DNA of 64,000 bases from Erysipelotrichaceae bacterium (GTDB taxonomy: Bacteria > Bacillota_I > Bacilli_A > RFN20 > CAG-826), in contig JAYFOJ010000001.1 of the NCBI GenBank assembly GCA_034932745.1, positions 596-64,595 on the forward strand, in the 5' to 3' direction. A program made the position numbers and the translations under genes. Under the pieces are notes generated by a model. The model had not been told where the DNA came from and ran no database searches. It was given only the letters and a program-made list of their open reading frames with translations. This document shows, one piece after another, positions 24,315-36,799 of this stretch (position 1 is the stretch's first letter; the number at the start of each line of letters is the position of its first letter).

Positions 24315-26718
24315 TATTATTAATACCTCTATTTCTTAGCAAATTGACGATGTAGGACACTCCTATATATAGTGCAGCACAAATGATTAAAATTAAACCT
24401 ATTTGCACATAGTTGTGTAACAAAAGTTGTGAAAAATCAATTTCAAAAAGACGGTGTCTACCATAATTTGTATCGACTACAAAGGCGAATATTAAAGAAG
24501 CGATATTGATAGCGGCAACTCCTAAGAACACAAATAATCGATACTTAGTAAATGGCTTTGAAACTTGATATAGAGTTGCAAGAGGAAGGATTGCCATCAC
24601 AATTGCGCACATACTAGTCACAATGGCCTCAGAATTCGGACTATTGATGTAAAGCACATAAATGCTAATCACAGCAACAATCATCGTTATTGCTCCTGGA
24701 ATTGCTTTTCTTAAAACATTTATTAAGAATTTACCTTCGATAACTTCGGAGTTAGGTTCTAGGGCAAGGAAGAACGCCCCGAAACCAATAATCGTAATTT
24801 CCCATAAGTAGAAATGATTTGGCAAAAACGGATAAGTTAAACCATTTGCCATCGATGTAATAAGGAAAGTCATCGAAATAATAATTGCGAAAATGGTCTT
24901 AACTAGGAATAAAGAACTGGTTCTTTGAATATTATTTATTACTCTTCGACCCTCTGCGACGACATCTGGAAGGTTAGAAAAGTCAGAATCGAGCAAAACT
25001 AGTTGTGATACATTTCTAGCGGCGTCTGCCCCACTAGCCATAGCGATTGAACAATCAGCTTTTTTCAGTGCCAAGATATCGTTTACGCCATCTCCAGTCA
25101 TTGCTACAACTTCTTCAGCTTTTTTCAGTGCATCGATTAATACTTCTTTTTGTTCAGGAGACACTCGTCCGAATACGGTGTATTGAGAAGCAATTTCTCT
25201 TACTTCATCTAAAGGCATACTTTCTAGCGAAACGTAGTTTTCCGCGCCTTTTATGCCTACTTGCTTAGCGATTTCGCTTACAGATTGAGCGTTATCACCA
25301 GATATAACTCTGATTTTTACTCCATTGTCGCTGAACCATTTGAAAATCTTATCAGCGTTCTCTCTAATGTGATCTTCTAAGACGATAAACGCTAACGCTT
25401 TCATCGTTCCATCTATTTTTTTGTCTTTAATCGATGAATTAGCTTTTGCCACAACTAAGACTCTTAATCCACGTGTTAAATATCGACTAGCCTCGCTGAG
25501 CAATGCTTTTTTACCCTCGAGGTTTAAACATTCAATAGCGCCGATAACATAAGTGCCTTTCTTAAATTGGGCAGCAGAGTATTTGTATCGACTATCAAAT
25601 GGAATAATCTCGGTGGAAAAATCAGTTAACTCGAATGGATAGGCTTTTAAAAGAGCCTTTGCAGTAATGTTATCGTCTCTAGTCGATCTAATAATATTGG
25701 AAATCAATAATTCTAAATCGCTTTTTGAAGTATCAGAGAGATTAATCAATTCTTTTACAATCATCGTACCATCAGTGATCGTTCCGGTCTTATCAAGACA
25801 TAAAGTTGTACTTCTTGCTAGCATCTCTAATGAGTAGAATTCTTGGACCAAAGTTCTTTTCTTCGCTAGATTAATAACGCCAACGGTTAAAGACATCGAA
25901 GTTAATAAGTATAGACCAGCAGGAATCATCGCAATCATCGAACCTGCAAATGTTCCTACTGTATTTTTAAAATCGTTAATCAATTCATCTTTTCTAACTA
26001 TAACCGTAATTAAACCAAGGAAAATAACTATCGCTCCAATGACTTTAAACAAAATATTTAGTGACTTTTTTAGTTTGGAATCATGTGCTTTTTTTGCTCT
26101 TGCACTAGCTTGCAATTGAGCAGCATAATTCTCTTTTCCGACATGGATAATTCGTGTTTTAGCACTTCCATTTACGACATATGAACCAGAAAATATTTGA
26201 TCGCCCTTTTGCTTATAAATTATTTGCGATTCTCCAGTAATGAGCGATTCATCGACGCCGATCTCTCCATCTACCACAATAGCGTCCGCCACTATTTGAT
26301 TACCGGTTTTCACAATAACAATCTCATCTCTTACGATGTCGTTAACCAAAATACTCTTTTCTTGTTTGCCGCGGATAACTAAGGCAGTAGGTTCCGTTAG
26401 AAGTTGTAATTTCTCTAAAAGTTTATGGGCTTTAATATCTTGATATAGTCCAATTCCAATATTAAAAAGATAGACTATAGCAAAGAAAAGACTGAAATAC
26501 TTCTCAGCGATGACTAATAAAACAGCGATGACTAAAAACAAAAAATTAAAAAAGGTACAAACATTAGTCATGAAGATTTCTAAATAACTCTTACCAATAA
26601 TTGTTTTAGTCTTGTTTGTAAGATTGGCTTCGATCCGCTCGTTAACTTGGTTTTCATTCAAACCCGTAACGGCGTCCGTTTCGATTATGGGAACGGTCTT
26701 CTCTGCGCGTGCGCTCAT
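24304..26718 (-). CDS. Cation-transporting P-type ATPase, CtpE-like
   Basis: DESLITGES, CLDKTGTIT, PFDS..KYS, VISGDN, FGRVSPEQK, MTGDGVND; TM4 reads IPAGL; start taken at the ATG at 26718 (ORF track extends to 26754). Confidence 0.88.
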   Translation of the reverse strand: MSARAEKTVPIIETDAVTGLNENQVNERIEANLTNKTKTIIGKSYLEIFMTNVCTFFNFLFLVIAVLLVIAEKYFSLFFAIVYLFNIGIGLYQDIKAHKLLEKLQLLTEPTALVIRGKQEKSILVNDIVRDEIVIVKTGNQIVADAIVVDGEIGVDESLITGESQIIYKQKGDQIFSGSYVVNGSAKTRIIHVGKENYAAQLQASARAKKAHDSKLKKSLNILFKVIGAIVIFLGLITVIVRKDELINDFKNTVGTFAGSMIAMIPAGLYLLTSMSLTVGVINLAKKRTLVQEFYSLEMLARSTTLCLDKTGTITDGTMIVKELINLSDTSKSDLELLISNIIRSTRDDNITAKALLKAYPFELTDFSTEIIPFDSRYKYSAAQFKKGTYVIGAIECLNLEGKKALLSEASRYLTRGLRVLVVAKANSSIKDKKIDGTMKALAFIVLEDHIRENADKIFKWFSDNGVKIRVISGDNAQSVSEIAKQVGIKGAENYVSLESMPLDEVREIASQYTVFGRVSPEQKEVLIDALKKAEEVVAMTGDGVNDILALKKADCSIAMASGADAARNVSQLVLLDSDFSNLPDVVAEGRRVINNIQRTSSLFLVKTIFAIIISMTFLITSMANGLTYPFLPNHFYLWEITIIGFGAFFLALEPNSEVIEGKFLINVLRKAIPGAITMIVAVISIYVLYINSPNSEAIVTSMCAIVMAILPLATLYQVSKPFTKYRLFVFLGVAAINIASLIFAFVVDTNYGRHRLFEIDFSQLLLHNYVQIGLILIICAALYIGVSYIVNLLRNRGINNNEN

Positions 26719-26777
26719 ATACATATGATAGAAAAAAACTTGAACAATGTCCAAGTTTTATCGAAAGCAATTTTGAA

Positions 26778-27719
26778 TTAGATAGATTCTATTGTGAAAT
26801 TTTTAGTATCGCGAATTTCGCGATAGGTGACGCCGCTTGAAGTTTCTAAATAACGGTAGTCAGTTTTTGTAATATATCCATTAGCGATAATTATTTGATA
26901 AGTAATCGTAATGTTCATCGTTCCTGTTTCGCTAGTGACAGATCCGCCGAGGACTTGATTAATCGTCACTTCTCCTTCGTTAGCGGTTCCATTTAAGCTT
27001 TTCACATAGCCGGTATATCTCGAGTCATTAAAATCGGTTTCCATTTTGTTCACAAAATCTTCACTGCGAACTAAATTCAAATAACCACTGTAAGAAGAGA
27101 CCGAGTAATAGTATCGTTTTTCACTATCTAATCGATCGACATCATAATCATACTTCTCCGTGAATGTAATATGATTTTCATCGACAGATAAAGAATAATT
27201 ACCAGTCGATTGAATATCTTGTTCCACCGGAGTCACTTCAGAAGTATCTTCAGAAGTCGGAACCGGAATATCAAAATAATGTTTATGATAAGCAAGCGTT
27301 CCTACTGCCGTACAATTGGCGTTATTTCTTGTTAAAGATTCACTCTTTTCTAAGATGATGTCTCCATTATCAAAAGTAACACTACCTGAGTCATTACCGC
27401 CGAAATCATATAAGGTGTTATCTTTGGTTTCTCTAGTCATTTTATTAACGTACATATCATTAGAAGAAATTACGCTTAATAAGGCTGAAATATCGCTTGA
27501 ATTTAGTGACGCTCCGCCAGTTTTACCGATGGCGTTAATGGTTGTTTCAATCGAATTATGATAAACAAAATCGTAATCTGCTGGATCGACCCGAGGTGGA
27601 ACATATGATTCTGGCTCGGAATAGGTGAAATCACCTGAGTGAGTTCTAATTCCACCATTACAACTCGAAAATAAAAGTGCCGATGATAGTATCAACAATC
27701 TAAGCCCGTTTTTATTCAT
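26778..27719 (-). CDS. Hypothetical lipoprotein
   Basis: Basic N-terminus, hydrophobic core and lipobox LFSSC; Ser/Thr/Tyr-rich beta-type body; overlaps the tadA stop by 8 nt. Confidence 0.75.
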   Translation of the reverse strand: MNKNGLRLLILSSALLFSSCNGGIRTHSGDFTYSEPESYVPPRVDPADYDFVYHNSIETTINAIGKTGGASLNSSDISALLSVISSNDMYVNKMTRETKDNTLYDFGGNDSGSVTFDNGDIILEKSESLTRNNANCTAVGTLAYHKHYFDIPVPTSEDTSEVTPVEQDIQSTGNYSLSVDENHITFTEKYDYDVDRLDSEKRYYYSVSSYSGYLNLVRSEDFVNKMETDFNDSRYTGYVKSLNGTANEGEVTINQVLGGSVTSETGTMNITITYQIIIANGYITKTDYRYLETSSGVTYREIRDTKNFTIESI

Positions 27720-28173
27720 GGTTGTCTCTTTTCTTTTTGAAATAATCTTTGATTATAGTGGCGCATTCTTTTTCTTTAATGCCACCCTTTACTTCTACTT
27801 GATGATTGAGATTTTTTTGCTCGAATAAATTGTAAGAAGAACCAAGCGCACCGCCTTTTGAATCTTTTGAACCGTAAACGATTCTATCCATTCGAGTCCA
27901 CAAAATGGTACCCGCACACATCGAACAAGGTTCAATAGTAACGTAAATCGTGCACCCGACTAACCGCCATGATTTTAGTTTCCGACAAGCGGAACGAATC
28001 GCTAAAACTTCTGCGTGCGCCGTTGGGTCGTTTCTTTTTTCGCGCTGGTTATAACTCTTAGCAATGACTTTTCCATCTTTAACAATGACTGCACCGATTG
28101 GCACTTCATCTATCAAAGCGGCTTTTTGCGCCTCTAGTAAGGCTATATTCATGAAGTAGGAATCGTCTTTCAT
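27712..28173 (-). CDS. tadA: tRNA adenosine(34) deaminase
   Basis: EVPIGAVIV, DPTAHAE, WRL, TIEPCSMCAG. Confidence 0.96.
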   Translation of the reverse strand: MKDDSYFMNIALLEAQKAALIDEVPIGAVIVKDGKVIAKSYNQREKRNDPTAHAEVLAIRSACRKLKSWRLVGCTIYVTIEPCSMCAGTILWTRMDRIVYGSKDSKGGALGSSYNLFEQKNLNHQVEVKGGIKEKECATIIKDYFKKKRDNHE

Positions 28174-28186
28174 ACGTTGTTAATAG

Positions 28187-28265
28187 GACCATCGCACATG
28201 AGCGGAATATTTAAGGCTGCTACGTTCCCGTCCTGACCTGGTTCATAACCTCTCATCGCGATGGC
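28187..28265 (-). ncRNA. ffs: Small bacterial SRP RNA (4.5S type, about 79 nt)
   Basis: GAACCAGGUCAGG-ACG-GGAA-CGU-AGCAGC helix-8 core; terminal stem GCCAUCGC/GCGAUGGU; extended -10 TGcTATAAT 6 nt upstream. Confidence 0.93.
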
Positions 28266-28305
28266 AAAAATATTATAGCATAGAAAACTATCTTTTTTTG
28301 AGGAC

Positions 28306-28338
28306 AAAAAAGAGGAGCAAATGCCCCTCTATTTTTTA
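28306..28338 (-). terminator. Probable terminator after serS
   Basis: Minus strand AGAGGGGCA-TT-TGCTCCTCT followed by a T-run. Confidence 0.65.
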
Positions 28339-28344
28339 TAATTA

Positions 28345-29625
28345 TTACTTTATCGGTTTTAAAACTTTAAGTCCGCCCATAAAAGGTTGGAGACATTCAG
28401 GAATTAAAACTGAACCATCGGCTTGTTGATGTTGTTCAAGAAGCGCTGGGAAAATACGACTAGTTGCTAGACCAGATCCGTTCAGTGTGTGAACGAATTT
28501 TGTCTTACCACTTTCTTTATCTCTATATCTCACCATTCCACGTCTAGCTTGATAATCTCTTGCGTTGCTAACGGATGAAACTTCTTTATAAATACCGATT
28601 GATGGAATCCACACTTCGATATCATATGTTCTTGCCATGGAGTGAGAAATATCTCCAGCGGCTAATTTGCTAACTTGATAGTGTAGGCCTAGTTTTTGGA
28701 CTAGTTTTTCAGCTTTAGCAACCATTTCTAAGAATGCAGCGTCGCTACCTTCTTGCGCGGTATATTGAACCATTTCCACTTTGTTAAATTGATAACCGCG
28801 AATCGTGCCTCTTTCTTCAGTTCGGTAACTACCGGCCTCGCGACGATAGCAAGGAGTATACGCGAAGTATTTCTTTGGTAACTCTTCATTAGCAAGAATT
28901 TCATTGCGATGGAAATTCACAAGAGCGGTTTCAGCGGTTGGAAGGAGAAATCTTTGCGGTTCAATTCCTTCGAGCCAGAAAACATCTTCCTTAAATTTTG
29001 GAAATTGCCCTGCAACATATCCAGATTCTTCATTTAACAAATGAGGCGGTAAAATAAACTCGTAACCATCTTTTAAATGTTCGGCAATAAAGAAATTAAT
29101 CAATGCCCATTCGAGTTGAGCACCTTTACCGGTGTAAATCCAAGACCCACGACCAGCAATTTTAGCGCCACGTTCAAAATCGATTAATCCAAGAGATTCC
29201 GCTAAGGCAACATGATCTTTTGGTGTGAATTTAAAATCAGGTTTCTTACCAAAGGTAACGATGGCCTTATTGTTTTCTTTTCCACCACCCAACAAATCCT
29301 CATCTGGAATGTTTGGTAACGCAATTAAGAAATCATTAATCTTCTTCTCTAATTCGATTAACAATGTTTCGCTATGTTTATTCTTTTCGCCAAGTTCTTT
29401 CACTTTGGCAAATATCTCGTCGACATTGCCACCGCTTTTCTTCACTAGTGGAACCGATTTTGATAAACGGTTTTGCTCGGCTTTATTCGATTCGACTTGA
29501 ATTAGTAATTCTTTGCGTTTGGTATCCCATTCTAATAATTCTTTAAAATCGGCTTCCCACATTTTTTTAGCGAGTAACTTTTTGATTTTTTCCGGATTCT
29601 CGCGGATTAGATTGATATCGATCAT
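28345..29625 (-). CDS. serS: Seryl-tRNA synthetase
   Basis: MIDINLIR, N-terminal coiled coil, LLPTAE, CYRREAGS, QFNKVEM, EVSSVSN, HTLNGSGLA. Confidence 0.98.
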   Translation of the reverse strand: MIDINLIRENPEKIKKLLAKKMWEADFKELLEWDTKRKELLIQVESNKAEQNRLSKSVPLVKKSGGNVDEIFAKVKELGEKNKHSETLLIELEKKINDFLIALPNIPDEDLLGGGKENNKAIVTFGKKPDFKFTPKDHVALAESLGLIDFERGAKIAGRGSWIYTGKGAQLEWALINFFIAEHLKDGYEFILPPHLLNEESGYVAGQFPKFKEDVFWLEGIEPQRFLLPTAETALVNFHRNEILANEELPKKYFAYTPCYRREAGSYRTEERGTIRGYQFNKVEMVQYTAQEGSDAAFLEMVAKAEKLVQKLGLHYQVSKLAAGDISHSMARTYDIEVWIPSIGIYKEVSSVSNARDYQARRGMVRYRDKESGKTKFVHTLNGSGLATSRIFPALLEQHQQADGSVLIPECLQPFMGGLKVLKPIK

Positions 29626-30659
29626 ACATTGCCTCCAATGGTTTTCTTATAATTCATTTCTTGTTGATAAATCAAGTGTAATCTTTCTCCGATTTCGGTT
29701 AAAGAGGCTTTCTTTGCAAGTTCGTAGGCTTTTAATGTTGTTTCTCTTAACTTCCCGTCGAGGAAATCTTTTGTTAAAGATGCAAGCGTCTCACTAAATT
29801 GAGCAATATAAGCCGTCTCCCCATCTACTAGAAGATTTGGGAAAAGAGCTTGCTCTCTAACTATTAACTGACATTTAGCCGCCATTGCCTCGAGGAGCGA
29901 AACAAATCCAGCTTTCTTATATCCAGGAAGCATGAAAATTGAAGCATTCATCAAAGCAGACCGGTAAATATCATTTGGAACCATTTCATTAAACTTTAGA
30001 TTCTTTGGAGCTTTCTTTATTAATTTCTTGATTCGGTGATTCATTTTAACGTTTGAAGATGCATGCCCAAAGAAGTAAAAAACAGCATTTGGACATTTTT
30101 TACCCGCTTCGATAAAGGCATTAATTCCTTCAAGCGAATCATATTCACCTACCGCAATAACTAATTTCTTATTTTTCTCTTCGCGAAAGTAACGATAGAA
30201 CAATTCTTTTTCTTCCTGTCTTTCAAAATCAAATGTCGAAAGATTAACTCCAGGAGGAAGAACAGTAATGTCGGTGATAATCTTATTTTCTTTTAAGAAT
30301 AGGCGCGCGGATTCGCATGGCACCAAAATTCGTGATGCTTTATTAAGATATTTCACCGCTTTAGTCGATAAAACGTTTTCAATAACGCCATCCTTATATT
30401 TAAAGTCTAAGAAAGAGGCATTAGGATCGTTTTCACACATCAATGCGCTGACGATAAGTGGTTTTCCTTTTTCGATTACTTCGTTCGCCACACCATCTTC
30501 TTCTGGAGAAATAAGATGGGCGACGTCATAGTCTTCTAGTCCACTGCTCGTATGAGAAATATCGGCTAATTCGAGAGCCCCTCGGATTGATTTGCACAAT
30601 CGAGAGCTCTCAAAATTATCCTTCTTAATGTTAGGTTCTAATGAGATTAAAACTTTCAT
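29622..30659 (-). CDS. Divergent GT4 glycosyltransferase, Dgs-like paralog
   Basis: Colinear with 6205-7224 (MKVL.., DYDVAHLI, PPGVNL, VIAVG, FYFFG, LPGY....VSLLEAMA); catalytic motifs altered. Confidence 0.7.
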   Translation of the reverse strand: MKVLISLEPNIKKDNFESSRLCKSIRGALELADISHTSSGLEDYDVAHLISPEEDGVANEVIEKGKPLIVSALMCENDPNASFLDFKYKDGVIENVLSTKAVKYLNKASRILVPCESARLFLKENKIITDITVLPPGVNLSTFDFERQEEKELFYRYFREEKNKKLVIAVGEYDSLEGINAFIEAGKKCPNAVFYFFGHASSNVKMNHRIKKLIKKAPKNLKFNEMVPNDIYRSALMNASIFMLPGYKKAGFVSLLEAMAAKCQLIVREQALFPNLLVDGETAYIAQFSETLASLTKDFLDGKLRETTLKAYELAKKASLTEIGERLHLIYQQEMNYKKTIGGNV

Positions 30660-30669
30660 CGATCACCTT

Positions 30670-33315
30670 TTATAAATCTTCTTCGTTTCCTTCGTGTTCG
30701 GATTCTTTATCTTCTTGATCGTCTTCTTCCACTTGATGAACTTGTGGAACAACCATATTCCCGGTTTCTGAAAGTTGCTCTAAAGCTTCTTCTTCTTCAA
30801 GAGCGGCTTCTTGGCTTTCATCTAAATGGGCAACGATTGCAATCGAAGACACCTTTTGTTTGCCATCGAGTTTGATAATGCGAACACCTTGTGTGTTACG
30901 ACCAGCAATCTTGACTTGTTCAAGTGGTGTTCTAATGACGATTCCTCCCACTGTAATGACGAGGAGATCTTCATTACCTTCGACAGCGCGAACATTGACT
31001 AAAGAACCAACCTTTTCAGTCGATTTAATGGTCAACACGCCTTTAGTGCCGCGTTTAGTAAGGCGGTATTCTTCAAATTCTGACATCTTGCCATAACCCT
31101 TGTCGGTAATCGCTAAGACATATTTTCCTTCTAATGAAGTAGTTACACCGATGACTTTAGCGCCACCAGAAACATTCATGCCTTTAACTCCTGCAGCAGT
31201 TCTTCCCATTGGACGAACGTCTGTTTCGTGGAATTTAACCATCTTGCCATTATCAGCGGCAATACCTAATAAAGTGTTTCCGTCTGTGCATTTAACATCT
31301 AGAAGCATATCTCCTTCTTTTAGACCAATGGCGATTTTACCATTCTGTCTAATCGATTCGAATTCTTGAACAGGGGTTCTTTTTACAATTCCGTTTACAG
31401 TCGTGAAGAATAAGAAATGGTTTTCCACATATTCAGCGACTGGAATAATTGCTTTCACGTGCTCGTTTTGGTCGACGTTTAACAAGTTAACCACTGGGAT
31501 TCCCTTACTATTGCGGCCAAATTCTGGTACTTGATAACCTCTAATGCGATAAACCTTACCAAAATCGGTAAAGAACAATAAATCGGTATGGGTTTTGGTA
31601 TAAAGCATGATGTCGACGATATCGTTTTCGTTCGTCGCCATTCCTCTTACTCCACGCCCACCGCGGTTTTGTGTTCTAAAGGTATCTGCGGTTAATCTCT
31701 TGACGTAACCATTTTTAGTTAGTGCAACGACGATGTCTTTTTCTGGAATTAAATCCTCGTCATCAATTGTTGCGAGTTCGTCAGAAATAATCGTTCTTCT
31801 TTCATCGTTAAATTTATCTTTAATTTCCTCTAATTCCTCGATGATGACATCAACGATATGAGAGCGATCTTCAAGAATGAATTTATCGTTTTTAATATTG
31901 GCTTGAAGTTGAGCTTTTTCAGCCTCGAGTTTTTGAGTTTCGATTCCAGTTAAACGACGTAAGTTCATAGCCATAATCGCTTGAACTTGTGGGTCCGTCA
32001 AACCGAATCTTTGAATCAAGCTAGCGGTTGCGGCTTCTGGAGTAGCACTCGCTTTAATAATGTCGACTACTTCGTCGATATTGTCGTGACAAATCAATAA
32101 TCCTTCGACGATATGAAGGCGATCTTCATCTTTTTTAAGAAGGAATTTGGTTCTTCTTTCGATAACTTGGACTTGGAAATCGAGATAAGCTTTTAAAATT
32201 TCTGTTACAGGTAAAATCTTTGGCGCTCCATCGACCAAGCAGAGATTAATAATTCCGTAGCTGGTCTGAAGTTGAGTATTTTTATATAGTTGATTCAAAA
32301 TAACTTCTGGAACTACGTCTCTTCTTAATTCGACAACGACACGAATTCCGTCTTTATTAGATTCATCGCGGATATCAGTAATACCATCGATGATTTTGTC
32401 TCTAACCAAGTTAGCCATATTCTCGATCATGTTGGCCTTATTAACTTGATATGGAATTTCAGTGACGATAATGCGTGATTTACCATGTTCGATTTCTTCG
32501 ATATGGGCTTTGGAACGGATGACGATTGAACCGGTTCCGGTTAAATATGCATCGCGGATTCCTCTACGTCCAAGAATAATTCCACCAGTTGGAAAATCTG
32601 GTCCATGGATATATTTTTCTTCGATTTCCTCTGGAGTGATTAATGGGTTACGCGCTAAAGCAATAACGCCATCGATGACTTCTCCAAGGTTGTGGGTTGG
32701 AATGTTTGTCGCCATACCAACAGCGATACCATTAGATCCGTTAACCAATAAGTTTGGAAAACGAGAAGGAAGAACAACTGGTTCTCTTTCTGTTCCATCG
32801 TAGTTGTCGACAAAATCGACTGTATCAGAGTTGATATCTCTAACCATTTCGAGCGATAACTTAGCCATACGGGCTTCGGTATAACGCATAGCCGCGGCTT
32901 CATCACCATCGATTGACCCGAAGTTACCGTGTCCATCGACGAGGGTATATCTCATCGAGAATGGTTGGGCTAAACGAACGAGAGTTTGATAGATTGCAGC
33001 GTCGCCGTGTGGGTGATATTTGCCCATGACGTCTCCGACGATTCTTGCACATTTTTTATACGGTTTATCTGGTTGCATGCCTGATTCGTTCATGCCGTAG
33101 ATGATACGTCTATGAACTGGTTTTAAACCATCTCTAGCATCCGGAATCGCACGTGCAACAATAACACTCATCGCATAGTCGAGAAATGAGTTTTGAACTT
33201 GGGTAACGATTTCGGTATTTTGAAGTCCTGGAACAATTCCTGATTCAATTTCTTCAAGAGATTTCTCTTCTTTGGTTTCTTCTTCCGAAACTTTTTTATC
33301 TTTATCTTCTAACAT
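30670..33315 (-). CDS. gyrA: DNA gyrase subunit A
   Basis: SFLDYAMSVI, DGLKPVHRR, KYHPHGD, AAMRYTE (catalytic Tyr), GyrA-box QNRGGRG, acidic tail; start MLEDK at 33315 after SD AAAGGAG. Confidence 0.98.
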   Translation of the reverse strand: MLEDKDKKVSEEETKEEKSLEEIESGIVPGLQNTEIVTQVQNSFLDYAMSVIVARAIPDARDGLKPVHRRIIYGMNESGMQPDKPYKKCARIVGDVMGKYHPHGDAAIYQTLVRLAQPFSMRYTLVDGHGNFGSIDGDEAAAMRYTEARMAKLSLEMVRDINSDTVDFVDNYDGTEREPVVLPSRFPNLLVNGSNGIAVGMATNIPTHNLGEVIDGVIALARNPLITPEEIEEKYIHGPDFPTGGIILGRRGIRDAYLTGTGSIVIRSKAHIEEIEHGKSRIIVTEIPYQVNKANMIENMANLVRDKIIDGITDIRDESNKDGIRVVVELRRDVVPEVILNQLYKNTQLQTSYGIINLCLVDGAPKILPVTEILKAYLDFQVQVIERRTKFLLKKDEDRLHIVEGLLICHDNIDEVVDIIKASATPEAATASLIQRFGLTDPQVQAIMAMNLRRLTGIETQKLEAEKAQLQANIKNDKFILEDRSHIVDVIIEELEEIKDKFNDERRTIISDELATIDDEDLIPEKDIVVALTKNGYVKRLTADTFRTQNRGGRGVRGMATNENDIVDIMLYTKTHTDLLFFTDFGKVYRIRGYQVPEFGRNSKGIPVVNLLNVDQNEHVKAIIPVAEYVENHFLFFTTVNGIVKRTPVQEFESIRQNGKIAIGLKEGDMLLDVKCTDGNTLLGIAADNGKMVKFHETDVRPMGRTAAGVKGMNVSGGAKVIGVTTSLEGKYVLAITDKGYGKMSEFEEYRLTKRGTKGVLTIKSTEKVGSLVNVRAVEGNEDLLVITVGGIVIRTPLEQVKIAGRNTQGVRIIKLDGKQKVSSIAIVAHLDESQEAALEEEEALEQLSETGNMVVPQVHQVEEDDQEDKESEHEGNEEDL

Positions 33316-33328
33316 GTGCGTCTCCTTT

Positions 33329-36473
<3,145 letters not shown>

Positions 36474-36483
<10 letters not shown>

Positions 36484-36704
36484 GCTTTTGCGATCTGGTA
36501 ATTCTTTCCTTCGACCACCACCACTTGGCCTGGATATAGTTTACGTCCTCTTCTGTTTTCAGCGATTCCGTCAACCGTAACCTCTTGAGAAGCAAGAAAA
36601 ACCTTGGCTTCTCCACCAGTGGAAATGAGCCCAATAATCTTTAGAAGTTGTTGCAACTCTAAATATTCGGTATGTATCTCAATTTTAGTGGCGCTTTTAT
36701 TCAT
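36474..36704 (-). CDS. yaaA: S4-domain protein YaaA
   Basis: YLELQQLLK, TGGEAK, VDG..E.RRGRKLY; located between dnaN and recF. Confidence 0.93.
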
Positions 36705-36738
36705 AAAAACTTCCTAAAAACATTATACACGAAGGAAT

Positions 36739-36765
36739 AAAAAAAGGGAATTATTATATTCCCTT
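36739..36765 (-). terminator. Intrinsic terminator after dnaN
   Basis: Minus strand AAGGGAAT-loop-ATTCCCTT followed by a T-run. Confidence 0.65.
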
Positions 36766-36799
36766 ATTCTCCGTTGCTATTTTTCTTGAGTTTTAAGGC

